Positions 44,101 through 53,846 of a DNA stretch of 64,000 nucleotides are shown here, piece by piece. The notes under the pieces are model-generated. The model was not told where the DNA came from and did no database searches. It saw nothing but the letters and a program-made list of their open reading frames with translations. Where the stretch lies: IMG/VR virus record IMGVR_UViG_3300028833_000086, positions 58,738 to 122,737 of that record; one strand, 5' to 3'. Position numbers and translations under genes: made by a program. Origin of the DNA: a virus. Taxonomy: Duplodnaviria; Caudoviricetes. Position 1 is the stretch's first letter; every line of letters starts with the position of its first letter.

Positions 44101-45124
44101 TGTTTCTATGTCTGATCCTGCTCATAATTATGCAGTTAATGATGGTATTATTACACATAATTGCAGTGCACATGCAGCTGCAACCTCACTTGATATGTGT
44201 TATGGGGCATATCTTAAGGTTCATTACCCTCTTGAATATTATACTGTGTGCTTTAATACATATTCAGATGATGCAGATAAAACAGCCAGATTAACACAGG
44301 AATTGGATTATTTTGGTATTAAAATTAAAAATATTAAATTTAGATATTCAATGGGAGATTATACCTTTGATCGTAATACAAACAGTATTTATAAAGGTAT
44401 GGCATCTTTACCTTATCTTTCCTCAAAGGTTGCTGAAGAACTTTATGCACTCAAGGACAATCAGTATTCTGATTTTATCAAAGTTCTTTGTGATATAAAG
44501 AGCAACACATCTGCCGACTCGCGCCAGATAGATATACTTATCAAACTTGATTTCTTCTCAGAGTTTGGTGAGATTAATGATCTATTAGATATTAAAAACA
44601 AGTGGGAAAAATATTCAAATAGAAAGACCGTTAAAAAAGATAGTGATATGCTTAAAGTGCTCGGTATTGATAATGTGCGCGCTCATTCTGAGAAAGAGAC
44701 TGAGAAACAATTTTCAGGTGTGAATATGCATGCCGTATTTACAGACTGGTTAAGTAGCAGAGAAAATATTCCCACTAGTCTATTTGATAAAATGGATTAT
44801 GAAGCAGAGTATCTTGGTTACGTATCGTCTATAGATCCTGATATTAAATCCAATTACTGGTACGTAGTTGATGTGGGCGGATATAGCAAGAATGTACTTG
44901 ATTTGTACCAGATATGTGACGGACAAACTCAAACTATTAAAATAGATAAAAATTATATTATAAAAAAGGGTGATGTAATCCATATACTTGAATATACTGA
45001 TAGACCCAAATGGCGCAAGACTGGCGAAGATCCAGAAACTCATAAACCTAAATTTGAAAAGACTGGTGAGACTGAAAGAGTGATTGGTAAAATTGCACCA
45101 GTAAATCGACGCAAATGCTCTTGA
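41183..45124 (+). CDS. dnaE: DNA polymerase III alpha subunit (PHP + DnaE) containing an intein
   Basis: YH.H, EHG and NDSHY PHP motifs; GRGS, PDID, HA and K.DFL; YGF/C.AH...YLK.HYP.EYY. Confidence 0.92.
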   Translation: MKEYYNYHKHSHISNIFTIDSTTRNKQYAERAVELGHTALSTCEHGTFGDIFECRTLANEYNLKCLPVAEFYMVKNADPDLKDKRNYHIIVTPKTNVARKKCNYISSMANIEGYYYKPRIDVAHLLTLDPDDVYITTACVAGMLRDEEGINDIFLPLFNHFKENILLEVQNHIDPKQIEINKRVLDFQKEYGLKIVAANDSHYIDDEGRIQRDELLRGKGMKYEEESGFILDYPDYDTMFGRFIQQGVLSESQIEEAIDNTMILTGVEEINLDHSIKMPTIDPDLTPAERVAKLKKIVNHRFTQIVKDEHIEGEDFKRYKDGIRYEMDIIEKTNDEIHTADYFLLNTKLVDLAVNKYGGVLTRGGRGSCASFYINRICGMTQLDRFKINLPIFPDRFASTARLLENRALPDIDYNVETQEPFVKAARELLGEHGCYPMYKTGNFQLKEAFKNLCRSKGIDFETSNQISADIDKYREDPEWGDLITEAEKYVGVIYSASVHACAHLLSNEDIRYEYGVLRFGDVLCVLITSAEADEYKVLKDDFLIVTVWHLIAETFKAINQPIMPARELLNAIKNDEEVWKLFTNGMTCTLNQVDSSNGTQQAKRYGIKSFEEGALLAAAIRPSFDSWREKFLNHEDYTTGSKQLDDVLNSTGGYILFQENLMEYFQWLEITPAESIGLIKKISKKKIKPQDFAKLEKRIRKVWIEKTGSEDMFDETWGMIQSCMSYGFCVSGDTKLVRNGNGKYQPTIEEMYNIKNDRKYAVEQGHLPLYSKYRSYGYGKALSLYDDGFVHENTIEDIYFTGIRQTYKIITESGKTIKCTDNHKFPTPNGVVELKDLQVGDQLYTIDSYQEREHSYRLTKDFEPNYPKVGQEGFQRREDGASVVFERERQKHKDNQDRCEKCRCQYNIDFELHHIDLDRTNNDPSNFAWLCNSCHKKVHYEQDRNKRYERGLTIKLDKIISIEKDQIEKVYSVSMSDPAHNYAVNDGIITHNCSAHAAATSLDMCYGAYLKVHYPLEYYTVCFNTYSDDADKTARLTQELDYFGIKIKNIKFRYSMGDYTFDRNTNSIYKGMASLPYLSSKVAEELYALKDNQYSDFIKVLCDIKSNTSADSRQIDILIKLDFFSEFGEINDLLDIKNKWEKYSNRKTVKKDSDMLKVLGIDNVRAHSEKETEKQFSGVNMHAVFTDWLSSRENIPTSLFDKMDYEAEYLGYVSSIDPDIKSNYWYVVDVGGYSKNVLDLYQICDGQTQTIKIDKNYIIKKGDVIHILEYTDRPKWRKTGEDPETHKPKFEKTGETERVIGKIAPVNRRKCS
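43370..44161 (+). mobile_element. intein (264 aa) with an HNH endonuclease domain, in DnaE
   Basis: starts CVSGDT; block B I.CT.NH.F; HNH ELHHID....NN...N...LC..CH; ends GIITHN followed by Cys+1. Confidence 0.9.
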
Positions 45125-45166
45125 CATAGTAACAACGAAATGATATAATATAAGAGGTATAAAATA

Positions 45167-45295
45167 ATGTCTGAAAAACGCAATTGCCCCAATTGTGGGG
45201 CGCCATATGATGTACAATTAAATAAGTGTCCCTATTGCGATACAAGCTATTTTGATCTGAGTTGTTTACAAATAGGAGATGAGCCTTTTATCTAA
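45167..45295 (+). pseudogene. zinc-ribbon ORF truncated next to the IS insertion
   Basis: MSEKRNCPNCGAP...KCPYCDTSYFDLS... stops 11 nt before the IS left end. Confidence 0.45.
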
Positions 45296-45306
45296 CACGC
45301 CGTGAG

Positions 45307-46639
45307 CAAGAAATCCCCCACCTCTATAGGTGGTGGGATGAATTACGTGAGGTAGTCAATGAATAGAGCAATAAAGTACAGAGTATATCCTACAACTGAA
45401 CAATCTGTTATGTTTACTAAGACTTTTGGTTGTTGTCGTAAGGTCTATAATCTTATGCTTTCGGATAAGATTGAAGGCTACAAGGTTACTGGCAAGTTTC
45501 CTACTGTTACGCCTGCCAAATATAAGAACGATTACCCTTATCTAAAGGAAGTAGACAGCCTCGCCCTTGCCAATAAGCAGATGGACTTGCAAGAGGCGTT
45601 TCGCAATACATTTAGTAAATCCCGTAAAAAGAAAAACGGATTTCCTAAATTCAAATCTGCAAAGCATAGTCGTAAGTCCTATACTACTAATAATCAAAAA
45701 GGCACTGTTGCTATCATAGAGAATAAATATATCAAGCTTCCTAAGATTGGTAAAGTAAAAGCTGTTATCCATCGCATTCCTGATAGCGATTGGATTATTA
45801 AATCCGCTACCGTATCACAGGAATCAGACGGCAAATATTATATTTCTGTTCTCTTTGAGTTCGACAATGTCACAAATTTTTATGTAGCAGATAAGACCAA
45901 TGCTATCGGATTAGACTACGCTTCTAATAGCTTATATGTAGATAACAACGGTAACGTAGGAACTGATCACAAATATTACCGTGAGAGCCATGATAAACTT
46001 GCTAAAGCGCAGCGTAAGCTATCACGTATGCAAGGCTCTAAGAAACACGAGGTTAAATCCAATAATTATATAAAACAACTCCGTAAGGTAAACAAAATCC
46101 ATAGACACATCTCTAATCAGCGTCTAGATAATCTGCATAAGATATCTACTGAGATAGCCAATCAGTATGATGTTGTATGTGTGGAGTCCTTAAACATGAG
46201 GTCTATGGCAAATCATGGCTTCGGTAACGGCAAAGCTACCCTTGATAACGGTTATGGTATGTTCCTGTCTATGCTTGAATACAAGCTATCTGATAGGAAT
46301 AAGTATCTTGTCAAAGTAGATAAGTGGTTCCCGTCATCACAGATATGTCATTGTTGCGGAACAATACATCCAGAAATGAAGGATTTAGCTATTCGTAAAA
46401 TGGTATGCGATTGTGGTCTTACGATGAATCGTGACCAAAATGCAGCTATCAATATCCTAAACGAAGGATTACGATTGATTACTGAGGTAGCATAAAAACA
46501 AAATATTACAGTAGGGATGGAATAGCCCGAACTTATACGCCTGTGGACACTGTGTAAGACGAATGATTACGTATATCGTAGCCAGCGCAGTAGTGGTTGA
46601 AGCAGGAAGCTCCGACTTCTATAAGTCGGAGTAGTTCAC
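45307..46639 (+). mobile_element. non-autonomous IS200/IS605-family element (TnpB only, IS1341-like)
   Basis: left-end hairpin CCCACC-TCTATA-GGTGGTGGG; right-end hairpin CTCCGACT-TCTATA-AGTCGGAG then TTCAC; no tnpA. Confidence 0.85.
45359..46495 (+). CDS. tnpB: TnpB RNA-guided nuclease
   Basis: KYRVYPT..Q....KTFGCCR.VYN; GLDY, VESL and RDQNAA RuvC motifs; zinc finger. Confidence 0.92.
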   Translation: MNRAIKYRVYPTTEQSVMFTKTFGCCRKVYNLMLSDKIEGYKVTGKFPTVTPAKYKNDYPYLKEVDSLALANKQMDLQEAFRNTFSKSRKKKNGFPKFKSAKHSRKSYTTNNQKGTVAIIENKYIKLPKIGKVKAVIHRIPDSDWIIKSATVSQESDGKYYISVLFEFDNVTNFYVADKTNAIGLDYASNSLYVDNNGNVGTDHKYYRESHDKLAKAQRKLSRMQGSKKHEVKSNNYIKQLRKVNKIHRHISNQRLDNLHKISTEIANQYDVVCVESLNMRSMANHGFGNGKATLDNGYGMFLSMLEYKLSDRNKYLVKVDKWFPSSQICHCCGTIHPEMKDLAIRKMVCDCGLTMNRDQNAAINILNEGLRLITEVA

Positions 46640-46694
46640 GTCTAGAAGCTGTTGCTGAAAACGATAAACTTATGACAGTTATAAAGGAGGGAGC

Positions 46695-47294
46695 ATGAAA
46701 CCAATTGGTGAATATAATTTCAGAGAGATAGTTGGTAAGTTTGTGATATTACAAGTCGATAATCCACAGATTATTGATCCTAATTACGATTTATTTATTG
46801 CCTATTGCTATATAGATATGGAGGCTGGAATATCGTTTAGTGTATATGGTGGATATAAAGAAGAACAAATAGATATTTTTAAAACCAAAACAATTATTAT
46901 TAGATATTCCGAAAATATTAAGTTAAAAATATATGAATTAATTACAGATGAAATGAAGGAATATGCAGAGAATATTGAAAATATTTATACTCCTGACTGG
47001 ATAACATCTATAAGAAATAATAAAGATTTAGACAAAGTAAGATCTGAACAATTCCCTGATGATATATTGGTTCCTTGTCAAACAGTAGTTGATGATAAGC
47101 AAGTTGGCGAATATCTTTGGGTCAGACCTATAGGAATTTCAGATGATTTTTTAATAGCTAAATCTATTGAAGATGGTGAAAAAATTTCAAAAAACGAAGA
47201 ATTCATCGTACTTATAGATCCAGATAGAAATGATTTTTCAATTATCGCTGTAACAAGTGAATGGGTGGAATTATTTGATAAAGAGAATAATTAA
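46695..47294 (+). CDS. AT-rich acidic hypothetical protein (moron-like)
   Basis: 199 aa, AGGAGG RBS; R...FPDD..V...E..WVR motif. Confidence 0.55.
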   Translation: MKPIGEYNFREIVGKFVILQVDNPQIIDPNYDLFIAYCYIDMEAGISFSVYGGYKEEQIDIFKTKTIIIRYSENIKLKIYELITDEMKEYAENIENIYTPDWITSIRNNKDLDKVRSEQFPDDILVPCQTVVDDKQVGEYLWVRPIGISDDFLIAKSIEDGEKISKNEEFIVLIDPDRNDFSIIAVTSEWVELFDKENN

Positions 47295-47312
47295 TAGTAA
47301 AAGGAGAGGAAA

Positions 47313-48914
47313 ATGTTTAGAAAGAAAGAAAAAGAAATCGAAGAGCTCGAACTTGTAACTGGTATTGAGAACGTCAATCCTGAAGCACTTGAAGAGTTGT
47401 GTAACGGACTCGGAGAGGACGAAGATACCGAAGAACTTATGGGTATGGCGCTGCAGCGTACTGAAATGGTAGGAGCTAATGCTGCTAATAATAAGGTGTT
47501 TTCACCTTTGTGCTGTAAGATTATACCCAGCCCCAATTACAATGTGCGTGCAGATGCGGCTAAGTATGGTGTGAAGAATAATACAATTGACACAATTACA
47601 ATACACCATATGGCTGGCAATTTAACCGTAGAGACATGTGGAAATATATTTGCAAATCCTAAGCGTGGCGGATCTTCAAATTATGGTATAGGTACAGACG
47701 GACGCATTGCGGGCTACGTTGGTGAGGAAAATAGAGCGTGGACTTCCAGCTCAAAGTATAATGACTTTAGAGCAATAACCATTGAGGTAGCAAATAACTC
47801 TCTTAGTCCCAATTGGACAGTGTCCGAGGCAGCACTTACATCGCTTTACAATTTACTTGTAGATGTTTGTAGGAGAAATGGTATACAGAGATTGATTTAC
47901 TCTCCCAATAAGAATGACAGAGTTAATCATGTGAACGGATGCAACGTCACAATTCACTCTGACTTTGCCTCGACATCGTGCTGTGGCCCTTATTTAAAGA
48001 GTATTATGGCAAATATTTGTACTGTAGTGAACAATCTTCTTGGTGCAAATCCTACGCCCACTCCTGTACCCACCCCCACACCAGCACCTGTGCCTACGCC
48101 TACACCTCCTGCTAACACTCCTGATCCTTATGCGGATTATTCAAAAGCCTTTTGGGACTTCTTTAGAACTCTTAATATGCCCGAGTATGGTGTAGCTGGA
48201 CTCATTGGTAACATTGCTATGGAGAGTGCTATTAGACCTAATAATCTTCAGAACTCTTATGAGAAGAGTCTTAAGATGAATGATGATCAGTATACCGCAG
48301 CTGTTGATAACGGTACGTATACCAACTTTGTAAAGGATGGAGCTGGCTATGGTCTTGCACAGTGGACATTCCATACAAGAAAAAAAGGACTTCTTGATTT
48401 CGCAAAACAGTGTAAAATGTCAATTTGCGATATCAACCTTCAGCTGACGTATTTAACTCAAGAATTGCAGACAAAGTACAAGAGCGTATGGTATGGTCTG
48501 TTTGCTGCTAAGTCAGTGCTTGAAGCAAGCAACATAGTTCTTCTTAATTTTGAAAGACCAGCAGATCAAAGCGTAGCTAATCAGCAGAGAAGAGCGCAGT
48601 GCTGTCAGGGATATTATGATAAATTCAAAGGATCTGCAGTAACAACTACATTTCCTATTGCTGGTGGACTTCCCAAGCAAACACAGGCTGAAACAGAAAA
48701 TCAGCCTGTAAATACTTCGACCGAGTTTGAGCCTTATTTAGTAAAGATTACCGCTCAGTTGCTTAATGTTCGTAGCGGTGCTGGACTTAATAATCCTGTT
48801 AGAACTTCGGTTAAAAAGAATGGTGTATATACAATCGTAGCCGAGCAAAACGGTTGGGGTAAGCTCAAGAGTGGCGCAGGCTGGATTGATTTAAAATATA
48901 CAAAAAAAGTTTAA
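47313..48914 (+). CDS. modular peptidoglycan hydrolase: Amidase_2 + Pro/Thr linker + phage-tail-lysozyme domain + SH3b
   Basis: ITIHHMAG, S.NY.IG.DG, AW, IEV; (PT)n linker; AG..GN...ES, GYGLAQWT and FERP; LNVRSG...GWGKLKSGAGWI. Confidence 0.85.
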   Translation: MFRKKEKEIEELELVTGIENVNPEALEELCNGLGEDEDTEELMGMALQRTEMVGANAANNKVFSPLCCKIIPSPNYNVRADAAKYGVKNNTIDTITIHHMAGNLTVETCGNIFANPKRGGSSNYGIGTDGRIAGYVGEENRAWTSSSKYNDFRAITIEVANNSLSPNWTVSEAALTSLYNLLVDVCRRNGIQRLIYSPNKNDRVNHVNGCNVTIHSDFASTSCCGPYLKSIMANICTVVNNLLGANPTPTPVPTPTPAPVPTPTPPANTPDPYADYSKAFWDFFRTLNMPEYGVAGLIGNIAMESAIRPNNLQNSYEKSLKMNDDQYTAAVDNGTYTNFVKDGAGYGLAQWTFHTRKKGLLDFAKQCKMSICDINLQLTYLTQELQTKYKSVWYGLFAAKSVLEASNIVLLNFERPADQSVANQQRRAQCCQGYYDKFKGSAVTTTFPIAGGLPKQTQAETENQPVNTSTEFEPYLVKITAQLLNVRSGAGLNNPVRTSVKKNGVYTIVAEQNGWGKLKSGAGWIDLKYTKKV

Positions 48915-49048
48915 AACACACTTGACATTATAATATAAAATATGATATCATATAAGTGTCGAAGAAATAGTACTTAGACGTGTGAGGTCACAATTTAAGA
49001 TGACAAAGTTTGGAAGCTTATTCCGTTATGAGATCTAAGACTATAACG

Positions 49049-49077
49049 ATAGGGCGGGTGGCTACTCGCCCTATTTG
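49049..49077 (+). terminator. intrinsic terminator-like hairpin in the leader
   Basis: ATAGGGCGGGT-ggct-ACTCGCCCTAT followed by TT. Confidence 0.6.
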
Positions 49078-49098
49078 TGTCTGAATAAGGAGAATTTT

Positions 49099-49497
49099 AT
49101 GAATACAAAAAGAATATATTTAGCTGGTGGAATAATGAATTTATCGTTCGAAGACGCATATGATTGGCGCCGCTCAATTGCGTATATGCTCAAGGAGCGC
49201 GAGGCAAATTTTGTATGTTTTAATCCACTTGATCACGATATAATGCAGGACGAAGTGGAATATGATTTAAACATTCTTAGACACTCAGATTTAATAGTGG
49301 TAAATTTTAATGATCCCAAATCTTTGGGAACCATGGCAGAAATTGCCATAGCTTACGAATATAGAATACCAATTATCGGATACTGTTCTACCAGTACCGA
49401 CATTGAAGAGTTACATCCTTGGATTCTTCATATGGTAAATGAGATATGTATAGATTTCAATGATTTAATTGACAAAATAATAAATTATGATATTTGA
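49099..49497 (+). CDS. nucleoside 2-deoxyribosyltransferase-like protein
   Basis: IYLAG, W R, FNP, D...SD..VV, S.GT..E...A...IP.IG. Confidence 0.8.
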   Translation: MNTKRIYLAGGIMNLSFEDAYDWRRSIAYMLKEREANFVCFNPLDHDIMQDEVEYDLNILRHSDLIVVNFNDPKSLGTMAEIAIAYEYRIPIIGYCSTSTDIEELHPWILHMVNEICIDFNDLIDKIINYDI

Positions 49498-49511
49498 TAG
49501 GAGGTGAGGGC

Positions 49512-50102
49512 GTGTCGGAATTTTCTGGGAAATGCGATGTTTGCGATTGTTATAGTGATCGAACTGATGAATATTTACAAAATAGTAAATTCTTTATATA
49601 CGGCGCAGATGGTAGAGATCATCAACTAATTATTAATAATCAAAAGGATCTCGCTAAGTATTATCCATATATTGTTAGTGTCTCTGGTGCGGATAAAAAT
49701 AAAGCATTTGTACATATATCCAGTCAATGTTTCATTGACAGTGAAGAGAAAGAATTTATTATGTATACCTACAATGAGATACTTAAATACTACAAGCAGT
49801 GTAAACGAAAAAAGATTCCTTGTACCATTGAAGATATACATAAGAAGAAATGTATAATTGGATGGGGCAGAGAAGAGCCTGATGATTGGGAACTTGAACT
49901 TGCCAATCGCATATTAAAGGATGGCGAGAAGGCTTCAATCGAAGGTATCCACCGTCCAATGCATGAGTATTATCGCAAAGCATGGCGTGATTACTTGGTT
50001 GAGATTGGTTATAGCAAACAAGAAGCAGATCTATGGGTTTACGGATGGAGGCGAGTTTGGGATGAGCGCAAAAAGAAAGAAAGCGAGAGCAAAGATATCT
50101 GA
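49512..50102 (+). CDS. hypothetical protein
   Basis: GGAGG RBS, GTG start, S.FSGKCD..D N-terminus. Confidence 0.55.
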   Translation: MSEFSGKCDVCDCYSDRTDEYLQNSKFFIYGADGRDHQLIINNQKDLAKYYPYIVSVSGADKNKAFVHISSQCFIDSEEKEFIMYTYNEILKYYKQCKRKKIPCTIEDIHKKKCIIGWGREEPDDWELELANRILKDGEKASIEGIHRPMHEYYRKAWRDYLVEIGYSKQEADLWVYGWRRVWDERKKKESESKDI

Positions 50103-50727
50103 ACTTATCAGAAATAAAAAGCTATCAAAGAAGTACGGTAATTGGATCAGAGTAAGGTGGTGGGATTGGAAAAAGGGATTTTATAAATATGCTGATGATT
50201 ACTTAAACGAATATGACGCATTTAGTAGAGGTTGGGGTATGCTTTGGAACATGATGATTGCAGATTTAGCACCTCTTATGCGCAAGTATAATTTGCAGGA
50301 TAAATTTTTCTTTGAGGAAATTAAAGAAAAATACGGAGAGATTCGAGCATATCACAATGGGGCGCCCGATGAAATAGAAGACATAATCGATGCATACTCA
50401 GTTATCTCGCGCAATGTGTGTCAGTGGTGTGGACGTCCTGACAGTGCAATTAGTAAGGGGTATTGGGTGGAGTGTCAGTGTGAACAATGCTTCGATAAAT
50501 ATTGGAAAAATAGTACCAAAGAGCATCCTTCTTACGACGAACAATACGACACCAATCCTGAAAACTGTAGGATACCAGACGTTCGTAGGGTTACACACTT
50601 TAGTAAGGATGGGAATGAAACGATTGAATACAACATAAAGGATATAGCGGATAGATATAGGAATAAATGGAATAACAAGGAAAGACGAAAGAAAGCGAGG
50701 CAAAAAATGAATGGAGTTAGTAATTGA
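50062..50727 (+). CDS. conserved phage protein (GW...KEK.G..R.Y...C..CG family)
   Basis: motif IKEKYGEIRAY...CQWCG...C..C. Confidence 0.6.
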   Translation: MSAKRKKARAKISELIRNKKLSKKYGNWIRVRWWDWKKGFYKYADDYLNEYDAFSRGWGMLWNMMIADLAPLMRKYNLQDKFFFEEIKEKYGEIRAYHNGAPDEIEDIIDAYSVISRNVCQWCGRPDSAISKGYWVECQCEQCFDKYWKNSTKEHPSYDEQYDTNPENCRIPDVRRVTHFSKDGNETIEYNIKDIADRYRNKWNNKERRKKARQKMNGVSN

Positions 50728-53700
50728 CAAAAGAGATGGTCGGAGACAAAACTTCGACAAAGACAAAATTGTGAATGCAATGGTTAAGGCTTGTAAGGCA
50801 GAACGCGGCGAAGCAGACGAGGAGTTTGTGGCGTACGCTAACAAGGTGGCTGATAGTATTGAGGAATTGGTTAAAGGTTCATGGGTGGTAAAGGATCATA
50901 AGGTACTGTCAGTTGAGGATGTGCAGGATATCATTGAGAATAAGTTGATGGCATCCAGATATAAGGATGTGGCAAAACAATATATTCTTTATCGAGATAA
51001 AAGAGCACGTTCAAGAGAATATAATTCTGACTTTATGAAAGAAGTTACTCGCAAGATAATCGCCGAAGATGTTGAAAACCAGAACGCCAATGTGGACGAG
51101 AGATCTTTTGGTGGACGTAAAGGTGAAGCGGAAAGTGTGTTGATGAAGAAATATGCTCTTGATAATTGCGTATCAGAACTTGCAAGAAAAAGACATTTAA
51201 ATAATGAGATTTATATTCACGATCTTGATAACTACGCCGTAGGTATGCATAATTGTTTAACAATTCCCTTTGACGATATCCTTGCTAAGGGGTTTAACAC
51301 TAGACAGACAGATGTACGTCCAGCAAATAGTGTTAATACAGCGTTTCAACTGGTTGCCGTAGTATTTCAGTTGCAGTCTCTTCAGCAATTTGGCGGAGTT
51401 TCCGCGAGTCATTTGGATTGGACTATGGTGCCATATGTGAGGAAAAGTTTTAGAAAACATTTCAAAGATGGAATGTATTATATAGAAAATGCAAGTATAT
51501 TTAAAGAAACAAGTGATGGAGTTATAGATACTTGGAAATCTGCAGAAGAAATGAGCATTGATGCTCCAGAATATAAAATGTTTCCTAAAGCATATCAATA
51601 TGCTATGGATATGACAATTAAAGAAACGTGTCAGGCGGTCGAGGGTATGTATCACAATCTTAATACTCTTCAGTCTAGATCTGGAAATCAGTTGCCATTT
51701 ACCTCAATCAACTATGGGACTTGCACATTACCTGAGGGGAGAATGGTTATCAAAGCTCTTCTCGAAGGTAGTATTAAGGGCGTGGGCAAATATCATAAAA
51801 CAAGCATCTTCCCTTGTGGTATTTTCCAACTTATGGAAGGTGTCAATAGAAAAGAAGGAGATCCTAATTATGACCTCTTTAAACTTGCCCTTGAGTCCAC
51901 AGCAAAGAGATTATATCCCAACTATGCAAACTGTAATTGGAGCGGAAATGCTGGATATGATCCAAACGATCCTAGAACATATTTTAGCACCATAGACAAA
52001 CTTGTGGCTTAATACAGAAATGTATTTCGAAAACTTATCTAAACGGGGAAAATCTTAATATTTTAGTTCGGATATTAAGACAACCCAGTGTTAAATTACA
52101 ATATTACGTATGCTTTTCTATGAGGTGATGATATGGAAGAATGGAAAAGCATTGATGAATTAGATAACAAATATGAGATCAGTTCATTAGGTAATGTAAG
52201 AAATGTTAATACTGGAAAAATCCTAACTGGAGATATAAATAACATAGGATATAGAAGAATTACATATAACAAAAAGCATTACTTTATACATAGACTAGTG
52301 GCAAAATATTTTGTCGAAGGATATGAAGAGAGACTGGTTGTTAATCATAAGGATGGGAATAAACTTAACAATACAAAAGATAATTTAGAATGGGTAACTA
52401 GATCAGAAAATGACCTTCATGCATTCAGATTACATTTAAGAAAAACCTATCCTTGTACACACAAACACAAAGTAATAAGATTCGATCTTGACACAAATGA
52501 AATATTACAAGTTTATGAAAATACAACTCAATGTAGCGAGGATTTAAATGTGGCAAGATCAAACGTATACAACACTTGCAATGGCAAGCAAAAAAGTTGC
52601 AAAGGTTTTGGATTGAAGTATGCGTGATATTGTATAAAAACTAAACGACTATCGAAAGTATAACTTAAATGAAATATTTAGGTGAATAAATGAGTAGAGT
52701 ACATCCAAGCGGATGGAAAAGATAAGGTTCTTATAGAGGATAAAACAATATAAGAATGTGATATAGTCTGAACTTTGCGGTGACGTAAAGAAGTTCATAA
52801 GAGAACTGCGTAGGAGTAGCGAACCTACGTGAACATATTGGGGATGTAGAACTGCCAATGGATACGATATTAACGGTTTTGGTCAGCTCAAAGATGGAAG
52901 AGGAAATATCTGCCCTGTAACTATCATCATGCCCACCTTAGCAATGGAAGTCAAAGAAGAGATATCTTCTTATTCAAATGTATCATCTGATGAAGATCTT
53001 ATTATTACTGGGTTTATGAGTCATTTAAGCCAAGCAATAGATGACGCCAAAGATATGCTTATAGAACGCTTTGAATATATTTGTTCACAAGATCCATCCT
53101 CTGCAAAGTTTATGTATGAGAATGGCACTATGGCTGGATATATTCCTGAAGAAGGAATCCGTTCTGCCCTTAAGCATGGGACTCTTGCTATAGGACAAAT
53201 AGGTCTCGCTGAGACGCTGCAGATCCTTATTGGTTGTGATCATACAACAGAGAAAGGAATGGAATTAGCTAAGCGTATTGAACAGCTATTTAAAGATCGC
53301 TGTGCTGAATTTAAAGAAGAATATAAACTTAACTTCGGTGTATATATGACCCCCGCTGAAAATCTTTGTTATACAAGTATGAAGAAGTTTCAAGCTAAGT
53401 ACGGTAAGATTCCCAATGTTTCTGATAGAGATTACTTTACCAATTCAATTCATGTTCCTGTATGGAAAGAAGTATCTCCATTTGAGAAGATTGATATTGA
53501 AAGCCAGTTAACAGGATATAGTTCTGCTGGATGTATAACATATGTTGAATTTGATTCGGCTGTAGTTGACAATATAACAGCGCTTGAAACTGTGGTAAAC
53601 TACGCTATGGATCATGATATACCTTATTTTGCTGTTAATGTTCCTAACGATTTATGCAGAGATTGTGGATTCACCGGTCTTATAGATGATGCATGCCCTC

Positions 53701-53846
53701 AATGCGGTGGCAAACATATTGACAGATTACGTAGGGTTACAGGCTATTTAACTGGAGATTACAAGACAGCGTTCAATCTTGGAAAACAAAAAGAAGTTGA
53801 AGACAGATATAAACATAGTCAAAAAATGAGAGGATATAAAACATGA
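50711..53846 (+). CDS. nrdD: anaerobic ribonucleoside-triphosphate reductase, split by a group I intron (exons 50711-51993 and 52841-53846)
   Basis: ATP-cone (KRDGR..FD..KI), IYIHDL, NC; splicing restores TYFSTMGCRT; TPAE, YFTNS, RRVTGYL glycyl-radical motif; 762 aa when spliced. Confidence 0.93.
51994..52840 (+). mobile_element. group I intron in nrdD
   Basis: 5' exon ends in U, paired U-G in P1 (CCATA/TGTGG); P7 elements AACGACTA (~52643) and ATATAGTC (~52761); ends in G; removal restores the frame. Confidence 0.9.
52133..52627 (+). CDS. intron-encoded NUMOD4-HNH homing endonuclease
   Basis: EEWK.I....YEISS.G.VR; HRLVA..F; VNHKDGNK.NN...NLEW.T..EN. Confidence 0.9.
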   Translation: MEEWKSIDELDNKYEISSLGNVRNVNTGKILTGDINNIGYRRITYNKKHYFIHRLVAKYFVEGYEERLVVNHKDGNKLNNTKDNLEWVTRSENDLHAFRLHLRKTYPCTHKHKVIRFDLDTNEILQVYENTTQCSEDLNVARSNVYNTCNGKQKSCKGFGLKYA

